Origin: a virus
Taxonomy: Duplodnaviria; Caudoviricetes
Strand: one strand, 5' to 3'
Length of the DNA stretch: 64,000 nt
IMG/VR virus record: IMGVR_UViG_3300017933_000003
Coordinates: 1-64,000 of that record
The notes under the pieces were generated by a model that was not told the origin of the DNA, ran no database searches, and was given only the letters and a program-made list of their open reading frames with translations. Position numbers and translations under genes: made by a program. Each line of letters begins with the position of its first letter. Position 1 is the stretch's first letter. Below, piece by piece: positions 41,940 through 49,950 of this stretch.

Positions 41940-42386
41940 GTGAACACTCACTCTCCCATTTTTGGTATCATGAACGATTTATTTGACAAAGAAGAACACG
42001 CTAAGAACCTGTATGTCATCAAGCATAAGCTGGGCGACCTAAAAAAGGTGCCCTATGGGAATCATTTTGAGTGGCAGATCGGGCACTACGTGGTTAAGAT
42101 ATTCTGTGCCAAGCATGGCGATCCCTCCCCACTATTTATTACACAGTGTGAAAAGGTGGACGTTCATGTCTATGAAGTGTCACGTCGTGAGGGCAAAGAG
42201 CAAGAAAAGTTGCTCGACCTACTAAATGAGCCCCTGTTCAAAAACTACAAACCCATTCAATACAACACCATCCAAACCCCTAATGGAACCATCAATTTGA
42301 GTGATGGTTCTGAAATTCCCATTACTTATCTTTGTGAATTAATTCGTTATCTACATCGTTTAGCTAATTTGTCTGTTTTTATGTGA
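41940..42386 (+). CDS. hypothetical protein
   Basis: GGGAG RBS; GTG start. Confidence 0.6.
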   Translation: MNTHSPIFGIMNDLFDKEEHAKNLYVIKHKLGDLKKVPYGNHFEWQIGHYVVKIFCAKHGDPSPLFITQCEKVDVHVYEVSRREGKEQEKLLDLLNEPLFKNYKPIQYNTIQTPNGTINLSDGSEIPITYLCELIRYLHRLANLSVFM

Positions 42387-42580
42387 GGTATATCATGTTG
42401 AAGGAAGATATTTATAGCCTACAAACCATCGTCCGTGAATACGGAACCAAAGGAGCGGTAGCTGGGCTGATGGTAGCCTTGCAACGGTATGCGGATGAAA
42501 TGTCTGATTTGGGACTGAAGGAGAAGGCGATTCAGGCTGCCAATATGGCAGATGTGTTACGTGATATCAACGACGAGTAA
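42383..42580 (+). CDS. hypothetical protein
   Basis: 65-aa ORF. Confidence 0.5.
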   Translation: MRYIMLKEDIYSLQTIVREYGTKGAVAGLMVALQRYADEMSDLGLKEKAIQAANMADVLRDINDE

Positions 42581-42601
42581 AACAGAGATATAGGTAGTAG
42601 T

Positions 42602-43102
42602 ATGCTTGCAATTCTCATCACCGTCATCATCACCTTTTTTGTTGGCAGTTTGTTTGGTTATGTCGTCCATTATTCTTTGCATCAGTCTTGGATGGGCAGG
42701 TTTAATGATGCTCATATGACACATCACCTGAAGTTATATCCACCCAGTGATTATGTCTCGGATAAGTATCGAAATGCTGGTAAGGACAATACTGTTATTA
42801 TTTTTGGATTGGCTGCGGTGCCCATCTTTGCGGTCCCTGTCGTTTTAGGAATATTACATATGTTACCATTAACACTAGTGATTACCTCACTAATTGTTAT
42901 GTCAATTATGAGTTTGCTACATAGCTATCTACATGACTCCTTTCACATTAGGAACCATTGGCTACATCGTGTGCCAGGAATAGGTAAGCTGTTTTCCCAT
43001 TGGGTTCATATTCATTGGCTACATCATGTCGATATGGACACTAACTATGGGATATTCATTTTCTTTTTGGATAGATTGTTTGGAACCTATTGGTCTGATT
43101 AA
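42602..43102 (+). CDS. fatty acid hydroxylase / sterol desaturase family membrane enzyme
   Basis: His boxes HYSLH, HMTHH, HSYLHDSFH and HWLHH; ends NYGI...DRLFGT. Confidence 0.82.
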   Translation: MLAILITVIITFFVGSLFGYVVHYSLHQSWMGRFNDAHMTHHLKLYPPSDYVSDKYRNAGKDNTVIIFGLAAVPIFAVPVVLGILHMLPLTLVITSLIVMSIMSLLHSYLHDSFHIRNHWLHRVPGIGKLFSHWVHIHWLHHVDMDTNYGIFIFFLDRLFGTYWSD

Positions 43103-43113
43103 CGGAGATTACT

Positions 43114-43620
43114 ATGAATGACCGAATCGACCCTAGTGGCGGACTTTTTACCGTTGACTGTGAGTGTGGCACCACCTTTGTAGTAGAGGATATTGTATGC
43201 CCCTCTTGTCATAAGATGAAGGGAACACTCAAGTTGCATATTCCCAAGTTCCTAACCAGAGTCTATACGTTCTCGGAGGAAGATCAAGACGATGATGCCT
43301 TGGATGTTATCTTTGATGTCTTCTGGAACTTACACAACAAGTTCGATATCATGAATGATATCCTGGGTCAGCTTGACTTCAATAAACTTAATGAGAATTT
43401 GATGGTAGGCTTGATGACGCAAACCTTCAAATATGCTCAACAAGTTCCGAACCATAAAATATTGTGCGACAAGTCGGAAGCTCGTATGAGAGAGCAGGGA
43501 GCCGACGATAAGTTAATTCATGACCTAGTGGATCCTTATCGTGTTGATGCTGAGAAATACTGGAAGGATATGGAAGCTTTCGGCGCCCCCGAATGGCTAA
43601 CCGGTCCCAAACCACAATGA
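43114..43620 (+). CDS. hypothetical protein
   Basis: N-terminal CEC...CPSC; 168 aa. Confidence 0.6.
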   Translation: MNDRIDPSGGLFTVDCECGTTFVVEDIVCPSCHKMKGTLKLHIPKFLTRVYTFSEEDQDDDALDVIFDVFWNLHNKFDIMNDILGQLDFNKLNENLMVGLMTQTFKYAQQVPNHKILCDKSEARMREQGADDKLIHDLVDPYRVDAEKYWKDMEAFGAPEWLTGPKPQ

Positions 43621-43647
43621 AGTTAGGAATACTTCTACATCCTAATT

Positions 43648-44067
43648 ATGAATAGCAATATGCTACTTCTGTTGTGCGTCTTATTGTGGGGCACCACGAC
43701 CTTTCTGCAAAGGTTATCTGCGGACCACATGTCGCCTATTGTAATACAGACAGTAGTAGCGTTAGGGTTCGTTATATTTGTTCCAATTGCCTTTCATATG
43801 GAAGGTGGATTCTCCAATATTAGATGGTCTCCTTTAAGTATTGGTCTCAGTTTGACCGCAACGGCTTTATCTATTTGTGGTAACGTAGTCTTTTATTCTG
43901 TTCTAAAAGGCAGTAACCATACCGGTTCGATGGCTATGTTTCTGTGCCTTTATCCGATTTGGACATTAGTATTATCAGTTATATTTTTGCACGAAGCTTT
44001 TACTGTGTCCAAAATTATTGGCATCGTAGCCATGATAATAGGAACAATTTTCTTGAGTTTGGGGTAA
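43648..44067 (+). CDS. EamA/DMT-family transporter domain protein
   Basis: five hydrophobic helices; LWG...LYPIWTLVLSVIFLHE...KIIGI. Confidence 0.8.
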   Translation: MNSNMLLLLCVLLWGTTTFLQRLSADHMSPIVIQTVVALGFVIFVPIAFHMEGGFSNIRWSPLSIGLSLTATALSICGNVVFYSVLKGSNHTGSMAMFLCLYPIWTLVLSVIFLHEAFTVSKIIGIVAMIIGTIFLSLG

Positions 44068-44070
44068 TTT

Positions 44071-44574
44071 GTGCTAACTATTATCTTCTCCGAAGGACAG
44101 ACTAATAACCTGTTTCTCAAGTTTTTTCGACCCTTTGTCCATAAATATCGCTCTACTCATGTCTCTTTCGGCATCGAAGTAGGAGACAAGCCATACATTT
44201 TCCACATGTCTTATAAGGGTGCTATTAGGACGCCTCGTGACCGATTTTTAATTAAAAATGACATCGTGAAGGAGTATCGTATCCTGCCTGACCTTTCGGA
44301 AGAGTTGCAAGAGCACCTCAAATATTTGGGTAAAGCCAAGTATAATCATTTCTCTGCCATAGTGCATTTCGCTACTTTGCTCTTTCATCCACTCAAATTA
44401 TTACTGATGTTCTTTAAGATTAGAAATGGGTTTTATTGTAGTAATTTTGCTCGTCAATTAGATAAAAATAATAAAATTAAATCTTGGAGAAATATTAATA
44501 TACACTGGGCATCAGTCGATGAATTACAAGTAATTTGTGAAAGCAGCCCAGAATTCATGGATATTACTAACTAA
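44071..44574 (+). CDS. permuted papain-like (NlpC/P60, YiiX-like) protein
   Basis: STHVSF His precedes KYN...FYCSNF Cys. Confidence 0.55.
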   Translation: MLTIIFSEGQTNNLFLKFFRPFVHKYRSTHVSFGIEVGDKPYIFHMSYKGAIRTPRDRFLIKNDIVKEYRILPDLSEELQEHLKYLGKAKYNHFSAIVHFATLLFHPLKLLLMFFKIRNGFYCSNFARQLDKNNKIKSWRNINIHWASVDELQVICESSPEFMDITN

Positions 44575-45124
44575 TTGTAGTACATCTTTCTTTAATTAGC
44601 ACTTGTGCTACAAGATGCATTTCTTTGACTGATAGATTATTACTTCTAACGGAATTACAAAAACTTCCACATGGTTGTACATTATCAGGAGTGTATCCTT
44701 TAGTATTATCAATACGATCTAAATTACAACCAGCGATTGTTTTATCACACAATAAACCATTACAATAAATACAGGGCAAATCACATAGATCAGTAAATTG
44801 TTGGAGTGTTAACGACATTTCTCGCCGTATCTTTTTACAGCGTTTAATTAATGCGCTATATCGACCTTTGATAGATGTGTATCGTTTCTTATTTTGAGTA
44901 GTCATAGAAAACTTGTATGATTCAGTTTCTTTATAAATTTCGTGATATTTCTTTTTGCGCCTGCGTTGTTCGGGCTTCTTTTCGAATGCTCGATGGTATG
45001 CTTTGGCACATTCTTTACAGGCGCCCGCTCGTTTATTTTGATCATACCATAGTGGATTGAAATCTTCTATTGGAAGATCTTTCTTGCATTTAATACAAAT
45101 TTTTGTGATGTCCATGTTTATCAT
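44567..45124 (-). CDS. HNH-type homing endonuclease
   Basis: CIYC...NLDRIDNTKGYTPDNVQPCGSFCN. Confidence 0.82.
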   Translation of the reverse strand: MINMDITKICIKCKKDLPIEDFNPLWYDQNKRAGACKECAKAYHRAFEKKPEQRRRKKKYHEIYKETESYKFSMTTQNKKRYTSIKGRYSALIKRCKKIRREMSLTLQQFTDLCDLPCIYCNGLLCDKTIAGCNLDRIDNTKGYTPDNVQPCGSFCNSVRSNNLSVKEMHLVAQVLIKERCTTIS

Positions 45125-45181
45125 GCGTTATTATTAGCACAGTGGTTATTAATAATTGCGCTAACTCTTAACCGACTTATA

Positions 45182-45511
45182 TCACTGTTTTTTAGATTTT
45201 TTCTTGGGTTTCCCGCCCATATTTTTATAAACCGAATAAACGACCGCCCATGGTTCCTCATACTTCTTCCAGTATTTCTTGACCGCTTTCTTCGCCTTGT
45301 CCCAAGTCTTTTCGCTAGCAATAGAACCGGGTGGATTATGGGGTTTGAAGGTGGGAGCGGTGCCGTTCTCTTTGATTAGGCGGCGTTCTTCCTCCGTGAT
45401 CCATTTGATGTCTTTAGCCTTCTTATCCTCGGGAGCGTGTTCCTCGTAGTGATGTTCAGCTAATTTGATAGCGAATTGTTCTGCTAGTTCGGCTACTTTT
45501 GCAAAGCTCAT
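45182..45511 (-). CDS. hypothetical basic protein (ChaB-like C-terminus possible)
   Basis: WDKAKKAV...WAVVYSVYKNMGG. Confidence 0.5.
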   Translation of the reverse strand: MSFAKVAELAEQFAIKLAEHHYEEHAPEDKKAKDIKWITEEERRLIKENGTAPTFKPHNPPGSIASEKTWDKAKKAVKKYWKKYEEPWAVVYSVYKNMGGKPKKKSKKQ

Positions 45512-45534
45512 ACTTGTAATGTAAGGATAGTAAT

Positions 45535-46167
45535 ATGTTAGATAAACCCGCTATTATAGGCTGTGACGAAGTAGGTTATGGGTGTTTAGCTGGTCCTTTG
45601 GTGGTAGTAGGTATTAGGGCGCCCAAGGACTGGCACCTGGAGGGACTTAATGATTCCAAGAAATTATCAGCCAAGAAACGCGAAGCTATGGCTGACAAGA
45701 TGAATGACTTAATCGTGGATGGTTCTATTACCTGGGCATTAGCGGAGCGTTCCAATGTTGTTATCGATAAGTTTGGAGTGGCAGTAGCTCTCAAAGATGC
45801 TTATGTGGAGGTATTTCACCAACTCTATCAGTCGGACAGTTTAATAATTAGCGACGGAATCTTAAAATTTGACGAGCTGGGCGTGGATGGTTATGATATT
45901 CAGTCTCTAATAAAAGCCGACACCAAGATCCCGCAGGTGATGGCTGCCAGTATTTTGGCGAAGGTGTATCGTGATGGTAAGATGAAAATTTTACATGAAC
46001 TTCATCCTATGTACGGATGGAATAAAAATGTGGGGTATGGCTCTGCTACTCACTTGCAAGCTATTGAAAAGTATGGACCTTCTCCTTTACATAGGTTTTC
46101 TTACGCTCCGATGCGTAATATGAAACTGACTGATCCCCGCCAATGCTTACTACCTTTCAGTAAATGA
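45535..46167 (+). CDS. rnhB: ribonuclease HII
   Basis: GCDEVGYGCLAGP, LNDSKKLS, IKAD, AASILAKVYRD, YGWNKNVGYG and HRFSY motifs. Confidence 0.92.
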   Translation: MLDKPAIIGCDEVGYGCLAGPLVVVGIRAPKDWHLEGLNDSKKLSAKKREAMADKMNDLIVDGSITWALAERSNVVIDKFGVAVALKDAYVEVFHQLYQSDSLIISDGILKFDELGVDGYDIQSLIKADTKIPQVMAASILAKVYRDGKMKILHELHPMYGWNKNVGYGSATHLQAIEKYGPSPLHRFSYAPMRNMKLTDPRQCLLPFSK

Positions 46168-46262
46168 TGTTATATAGGAAATAACAATGTACGTCCCTAT
46201 CTGGCTAATTATTATCTTTTTGTTACTAGCTTTTTGCTAATATTTTCGTATGGAAATATTGT

Positions 46263-46334
46263 GGCGGTGCCTATTGGATAGGCGGTCGTTTCATACGCGA
46301 CCTATTGTGAGTTCGATTCTCACCTCCGCTACCA
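46263..46334 (+). tRNA. tRNA-Met/Ile2(CAU)
   Basis: GGTCGT-TTCATAC-GCGACC; canonical T arm; CCA. Confidence 0.78.
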
Positions 46335-46339
46335 ACCAT

Positions 46340-46413
46340 GGGCGGTTAGTTAAATGGTATAACATATCCTTTACACGGATAATTCAGGGGTTCGATTCCC
46401 TTACTGCCTACCA
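46340..46413 (+). tRNA. tRNA-Val(UAC)
   Basis: cloverleaf; loop TTTACAC; CCA. Confidence 0.9.
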
Positions 46414-46414
46414 G

Positions 46415-46519
46415 GTTTAATGATAGTTAGGGGAGCGCCCCGTTGTATAGCTGGGACTTGGTAAAGCTATCTGAACACGAAAGCCTGTCGCCGAGCCAAT
46501 TAAGTGCAGGTCATTAAAC
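46415..46519 (+). ncRNA. structured RNA between two tRNA-Val genes
   Basis: GTTTAATGA/TCATTAAAC closing stem with internal ATAGCT/AGCTAT and CCTG/CAGG helices. Confidence 0.5.
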
Positions 46520-46522
46520 TAT

Positions 46523-46596
46523 GGGCGATTAACTCAATGGTAGAGTGCTAGCATGACTCGCTAGTTACAGGGGTTCGATTCCCTTATCGCCTACCA
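46523..46596 (+). tRNA. tRNA-Val(GAC)
   Basis: cloverleaf; CTAGC-ATGACTC-GCTAG (unusual A32 and U37); CCA. Confidence 0.85.
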
Positions 46597-46736
46597 AATG
46601 AAATGGTATAAGTTTTGTGCCTTTTGTGATTTCATGGGCAACCAGCATCAATCTCATTGCGTTTTCTATAAAGCCATGAGAGCAGCCTTATGGTCTCCTA
46701 ATGGAGTCTATGTCGCCTTGGATGCAAGGAGAGCTA

Positions 46737-46952
46737 ATGAGCACGGTTGAAAACTACGATGGTCTCTGCGGCATCATTCATCTCGCTGCTTCTTCTAGCA
46801 AGCAGGTTAGGTGCAATTATGAGTTAGGTCATCATGGTCCTCACTCTTGGGCGAACAAGAAGGTAGCTTACCACATCTGTGGTTGTACCGAGGATAGATG
46901 GTACGAAGAGAAACAATTCATCGCTTCTGTTATGGCTAGTATCAAAAAGTAA
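46737..46952 (+). CDS. small hypothetical protein
   Basis: AGGAGAG RBS before ATG 46737; Cys/His-rich. Confidence 0.5.
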   Translation: MSTVENYDGLCGIIHLAASSSKQVRCNYELGHHGPHSWANKKVAYHICGCTEDRWYEEKQFIASVMASIKK

Positions 46953-46971
46953 TCCTTTATTGGAGATTTTA

Positions 46972-47313
46972 ATGACTAAAGAAGAGTTTTATGAACTGAT
47001 TAAGCAGTGGTCTCATGATACCTGCTTTTTGTCGTATCATGACACCCAGCATGAAGCTTATCTCAAAGCCCTACAGGCTGGGGAAGAAATTATTCCTTGG
47101 GCACTAGAGAGATTGAAGGACAGTATTGGTCATGATAGTGGGAACACCATGGATCGTGACAACTCTCCGTGGTTTACCGTCTGCCTATTGGGCGATCTGA
47201 GCAAAGGTGAATGTTTGGCTACTATGCCTCGCGAGTATGCCGGTAGGCTGGTCAAGATTAGAGAACACATCCTCCAGTGGGGCGAGTCTAAAGGCTTCAT
47301 TAAGCTATCATAA
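46972..47313 (+). CDS. hypothetical protein
   Basis: GGAG RBS before ATG 46972. Confidence 0.55.
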   Translation: MTKEEFYELIKQWSHDTCFLSYHDTQHEAYLKALQAGEEIIPWALERLKDSIGHDSGNTMDRDNSPWFTVCLLGDLSKGECLATMPREYAGRLVKIREHILQWGESKGFIKLS

Positions 47314-47319
47314 ACAAAA

Positions 47320-47345
47320 ATGCCAGATGATTGTTCACCTGGCAT
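47320..47345. terminator. hairpin between convergent genes
   Basis: ATGCCAG/CTGGCAT stem preceded by an A-run. Confidence 0.5.
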
Positions 47346-47392
47346 TCCCGTATTGATTGACTCCGAAACACTATATCACGCGTTTTCTGGAC

Positions 47393-48331
47393 TCACAAGA
47401 TTGACCATGTAAGTGCAAGAGCATTGAATGCCCAAGTATCATTGGCTGCTTGTCCCGTGGTAGCATCAATACCGCCGAACAGAATAGTTCTGCTAGATTG
47501 AGAATCATAAGCTAATTGAGCACCAATACGACCAGATGGTCCGGCGCCAATAGCCGCCTGAGTCCAAGTAGTTCCGTTGTAAACCCAAGTCTCTGGCAAG
47601 TAATTGTATTCGTTCTCACCGCCAAACATGACGTATAGACCACCGTGAGAGTCATAAGTCATAGCAGCATTGCTTCTAACAGAAGGAGAGGCGGTCGGAG
47701 TTTGCTGAGCCCACGTGGTTCCGTTAAAGATCCAGGTGTCATTGAATTGGCTGTTGGATCCTTGACCACCAAAGAGAACGATACCTAAAGGACCGGTAGA
47801 CATAGCATGATAGACACGAGCGTTGGGACCTGCTCCATTAGCTACGCTCACTTGAGACCAATTAAGACCACTGCCGTCCCAGATCCAGGTTTCATTTAAG
47901 TAAACGCCGTTACCAGCTCCACCAAAACCACCGAACATGACGGTGCCAATACCAGCAATAAAGCCAGCTTTAGCGCCGAAACGACCAAATGGGGTAACGG
48001 TTGGGGATCTCTTGGTCCAAGCCGTTCCGCTCCAAGTCCAGGTATCTTGAAAGATTTGACCAGAAGCACCACCCGCACCACCGTACAACATAACGTTATA
48101 ACCATCATATACGAAGGTCATTTGGGTGCGACCGGGTAGTGGTCCATTAGCATCAATTAGGGTAGTGCCAGTGTTAGTCCAGTCATTTACGTTTCCGTTA
48201 AACGTCCAGGTTTCATTTAGAAAGTTGGAGAAGGCAGGATAGTTGCCGGTATCCATTAGAACGAGATAGCCGTCAGCATCCGGACCAGCCATACCAGAGA
48301 AAGAGCAACGAAGTGGGGAGTGTGCAGTCAT
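47393..48331 (-). CDS. Kelch-repeat beta-propeller protein
   Basis: five repeats of (ML/VL)(Y/F)GG...(D/E)TW(x)(W/F/Y)(D/N/S)G...W. Confidence 0.85.
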   Translation of the reverse strand: MTAHSPLRCSFSGMAGPDADGYLVLMDTGNYPAFSNFLNETWTFNGNVNDWTNTGTTLIDANGPLPGRTQMTFVYDGYNVMLYGGAGGASGQIFQDTWTWSGTAWTKRSPTVTPFGRFGAKAGFIAGIGTVMFGGFGGAGNGVYLNETWIWDGSGLNWSQVSVANGAGPNARVYHAMSTGPLGIVLFGGQGSNSQFNDTWIFNGTTWAQQTPTASPSVRSNAAMTYDSHGGLYVMFGGENEYNYLPETWVYNGTTWTQAAIGAGPSGRIGAQLAYDSQSSRTILFGGIDATTGQAANDTWAFNALALTWSIL

Positions 48332-48465
48332 ATTATCCTCTTATTAAAAGTCAATCAAAACTTCAATACTTAAACCTATGGCATAAAAGTGATAGAATAT
48401 TTTCAAGGATTTTGTTAATAATTTCCTTTTTAATATCGGGGCATAAGCTGATATAAATGATACAC

Positions 48466-48540
48466 GCTTCTGTAATTCAGTGGTAGAATGCTGCGCTTCC
48501 AACGCAGACGTCGCTGGTTCGAATCCAGTCGGAAGCTCCA
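48466..48540 (+). tRNA. tRNA-Gly(UCC)
   Basis: canonical cloverleaf; U73; CCA. Confidence 0.93.
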
Positions 48541-48541
48541 G

Positions 48542-48656
48542 GACGAATGCAGATAGAATTACATTGGATAAAGTTGGGCGCAAGCCTGGCGAGATAGTTC
48601 AAGCCTATCAACAGTTCCGTGAGGAATTGAAAACAATTTTATCAATTCTTGTCGTC
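48542..48656 (+). ncRNA. Y-like RNA, copy 4 (long form with T-arm-like module)
   Basis: GACGA-ATGC-A-GATAGAAT-TACAT...ATTTTATC-AAT-TCTTG-TCGTC enclosing GGC-GCAA-GCC, GATAG-TTCAAGC-CTATC and AGTTCC-GTGA-GGAATT. Confidence 0.65.
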
Positions 48657-49409
48657 TATAAGCGGAATTAGTTCAGCAGTAGAATGCAACATTGCCAATG
48701 TTGATGTGATGGGGGCAGCACCCATATTCCGCTCCAATTTTTCAGAGATAATGCTCTTAATTATATCGAAATACTTTTTTGAAGATTTTTCCTTGAAGTA
48801 ATTTTCACGAGACACATCAATAATAACAAGTTCAATTCCTCTTTCGATGCAGGCTTGAAACTTTCTGTTGTCATTGTTTTGAATAGATGCTAACTTTTCT
48901 ACACCATATATTGGTTCATAATGGAAGATACCGTTCAATTCAAAAGCAAGATTAAGAGAGGGAACATAAATATCGAGTTCGGCATTGATAACTTCTTTGC
49001 TGTTAAAAAGTATTTTAAGATTGGGTAATTGACTAGTTAGTTGTATTTCTAACCAAGCCTCCAATTTAGAACGCCTATTTCCTTTTATTTTATGTGTATT
49101 ATTATATTTTGCCGCGCAGCTTCGTGAGCAAAAATGATTTGGAGAGTTTTTAATTTGATTAGGAAGTTTTTCAAACATTATTTTACACTGTAAACACTCT
49201 ACTTTTTGTTTAGTAATTGCTGCCTGCGCAGCACATTTATGAGAACAATAAATTATCTTCTCGTGATTATGTTCACCAAACTTACTTTGTATTACATTCT
49301 TGGGGCGAGTAAAAGAAATGTGGCATTGTGGGCATTCTAAAGTGACGATAGTGCCAGATTGTAGTGAGTTGATATAAGTCATGAACTCGGGAGTATTGAT
49401 GGGTAGCAT
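48642..49409 (-). CDS. zinc-finger + PD-(D/E)xK-like endonuclease (paralog of 38267)
   Basis: YCSHKC, FCSRSC; RRSKLE...ELDIYVP...AFELNGIFHY. Confidence 0.75.
   Translation of the reverse strand: MLPINTPEFMTYINSLQSGTIVTLECPQCHISFTRPKNVIQSKFGEHNHEKIIYCSHKCAAQAAITKQKVECLQCKIMFEKLPNQIKNSPNHFCSRSCAAKYNNTHKIKGNRRSKLEAWLEIQLTSQLPNLKILFNSKEVINAELDIYVPSLNLAFELNGIFHYEPIYGVEKLASIQNNDNRKFQACIERGIELVIIDVSRENYFKEKSSKKYFDIIKSIISEKLERNMGAAPITSTLAMLHSTAELIPLIDDKN
48662..48736 (+). tRNA. tRNA-Gly(GCC)
   Basis: GCGGAAT/ATTCCGC+TCCA; loop TTGCCAA; T-loop GGCAGCA. Confidence 0.88.
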
Positions 49410-49482
49410 AATAGAGATATATCATCATATTAGTAGAAATTAGATTTTCTATTCCTAGTGTCCGCTCCATTTTATATTATAA

Positions 49483-49899
49483 ATGTTTAAGTTAGTTAGA
49501 CAGCAACACAATAATGGTTGTGTGCCGGCTGCCATTGCCACTATTACTGGAATTCCGTATCAGGATGCATTGAAGGCAGTTTATCATGCCAAAAGACCCA
49601 AAGAATGGGATCACCATGGCACTAAACACAAAGACATGCTGCGCGCCTTAGATCGTCTTGGTTTGAAATATCGAGAACGATATTATTTAGTTCCTTTCTC
49701 TCAATTACGTAGTAACGCCATTATTATAGTAGAACACTCCATTTATGGACCGCCAGGTCATCGCTCTCATGTGGTGGTATGGGATTATGAACAGCAACGT
49801 ATTTTAGATCCTTATCCTTCACCCACGCGCCATATGAAGCGCCACTTGCCACAAACTTCTTATCAAAAGGCAGCCCAATTTATTATAGATGTGAAATAA
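49483..49899 (+). CDS. C39-like cysteine peptidase domain protein
   Basis: RQQHNNGCVPAAIA...SHVVVWD...ILDP. Confidence 0.7.
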   Translation: MFKLVRQQHNNGCVPAAIATITGIPYQDALKAVYHAKRPKEWDHHGTKHKDMLRALDRLGLKYRERYYLVPFSQLRSNAIIIVEHSIYGPPGHRSHVVVWDYEQQRILDPYPSPTRHMKRHLPQTSYQKAAQFIIDVK

Positions 49900-49900
49900 A

Positions 49901-49930
49901 AACCTCGACCTCCATAAGAAAGTCGAGGTT
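49901..49930. terminator. hairpin between convergent genes
   Basis: AACCTCGAC/GTCGAGGTT 9-bp stem. Confidence 0.55.
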
Positions 49931-49950
49931 AATATTTTTAGTTTCTATTA

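Noticed and set aside
46415-46519. Hammerhead ribozyme (CTGA...GAAA)
   Set aside because: It lacks the CUGANGA core and the stem II arrangement.
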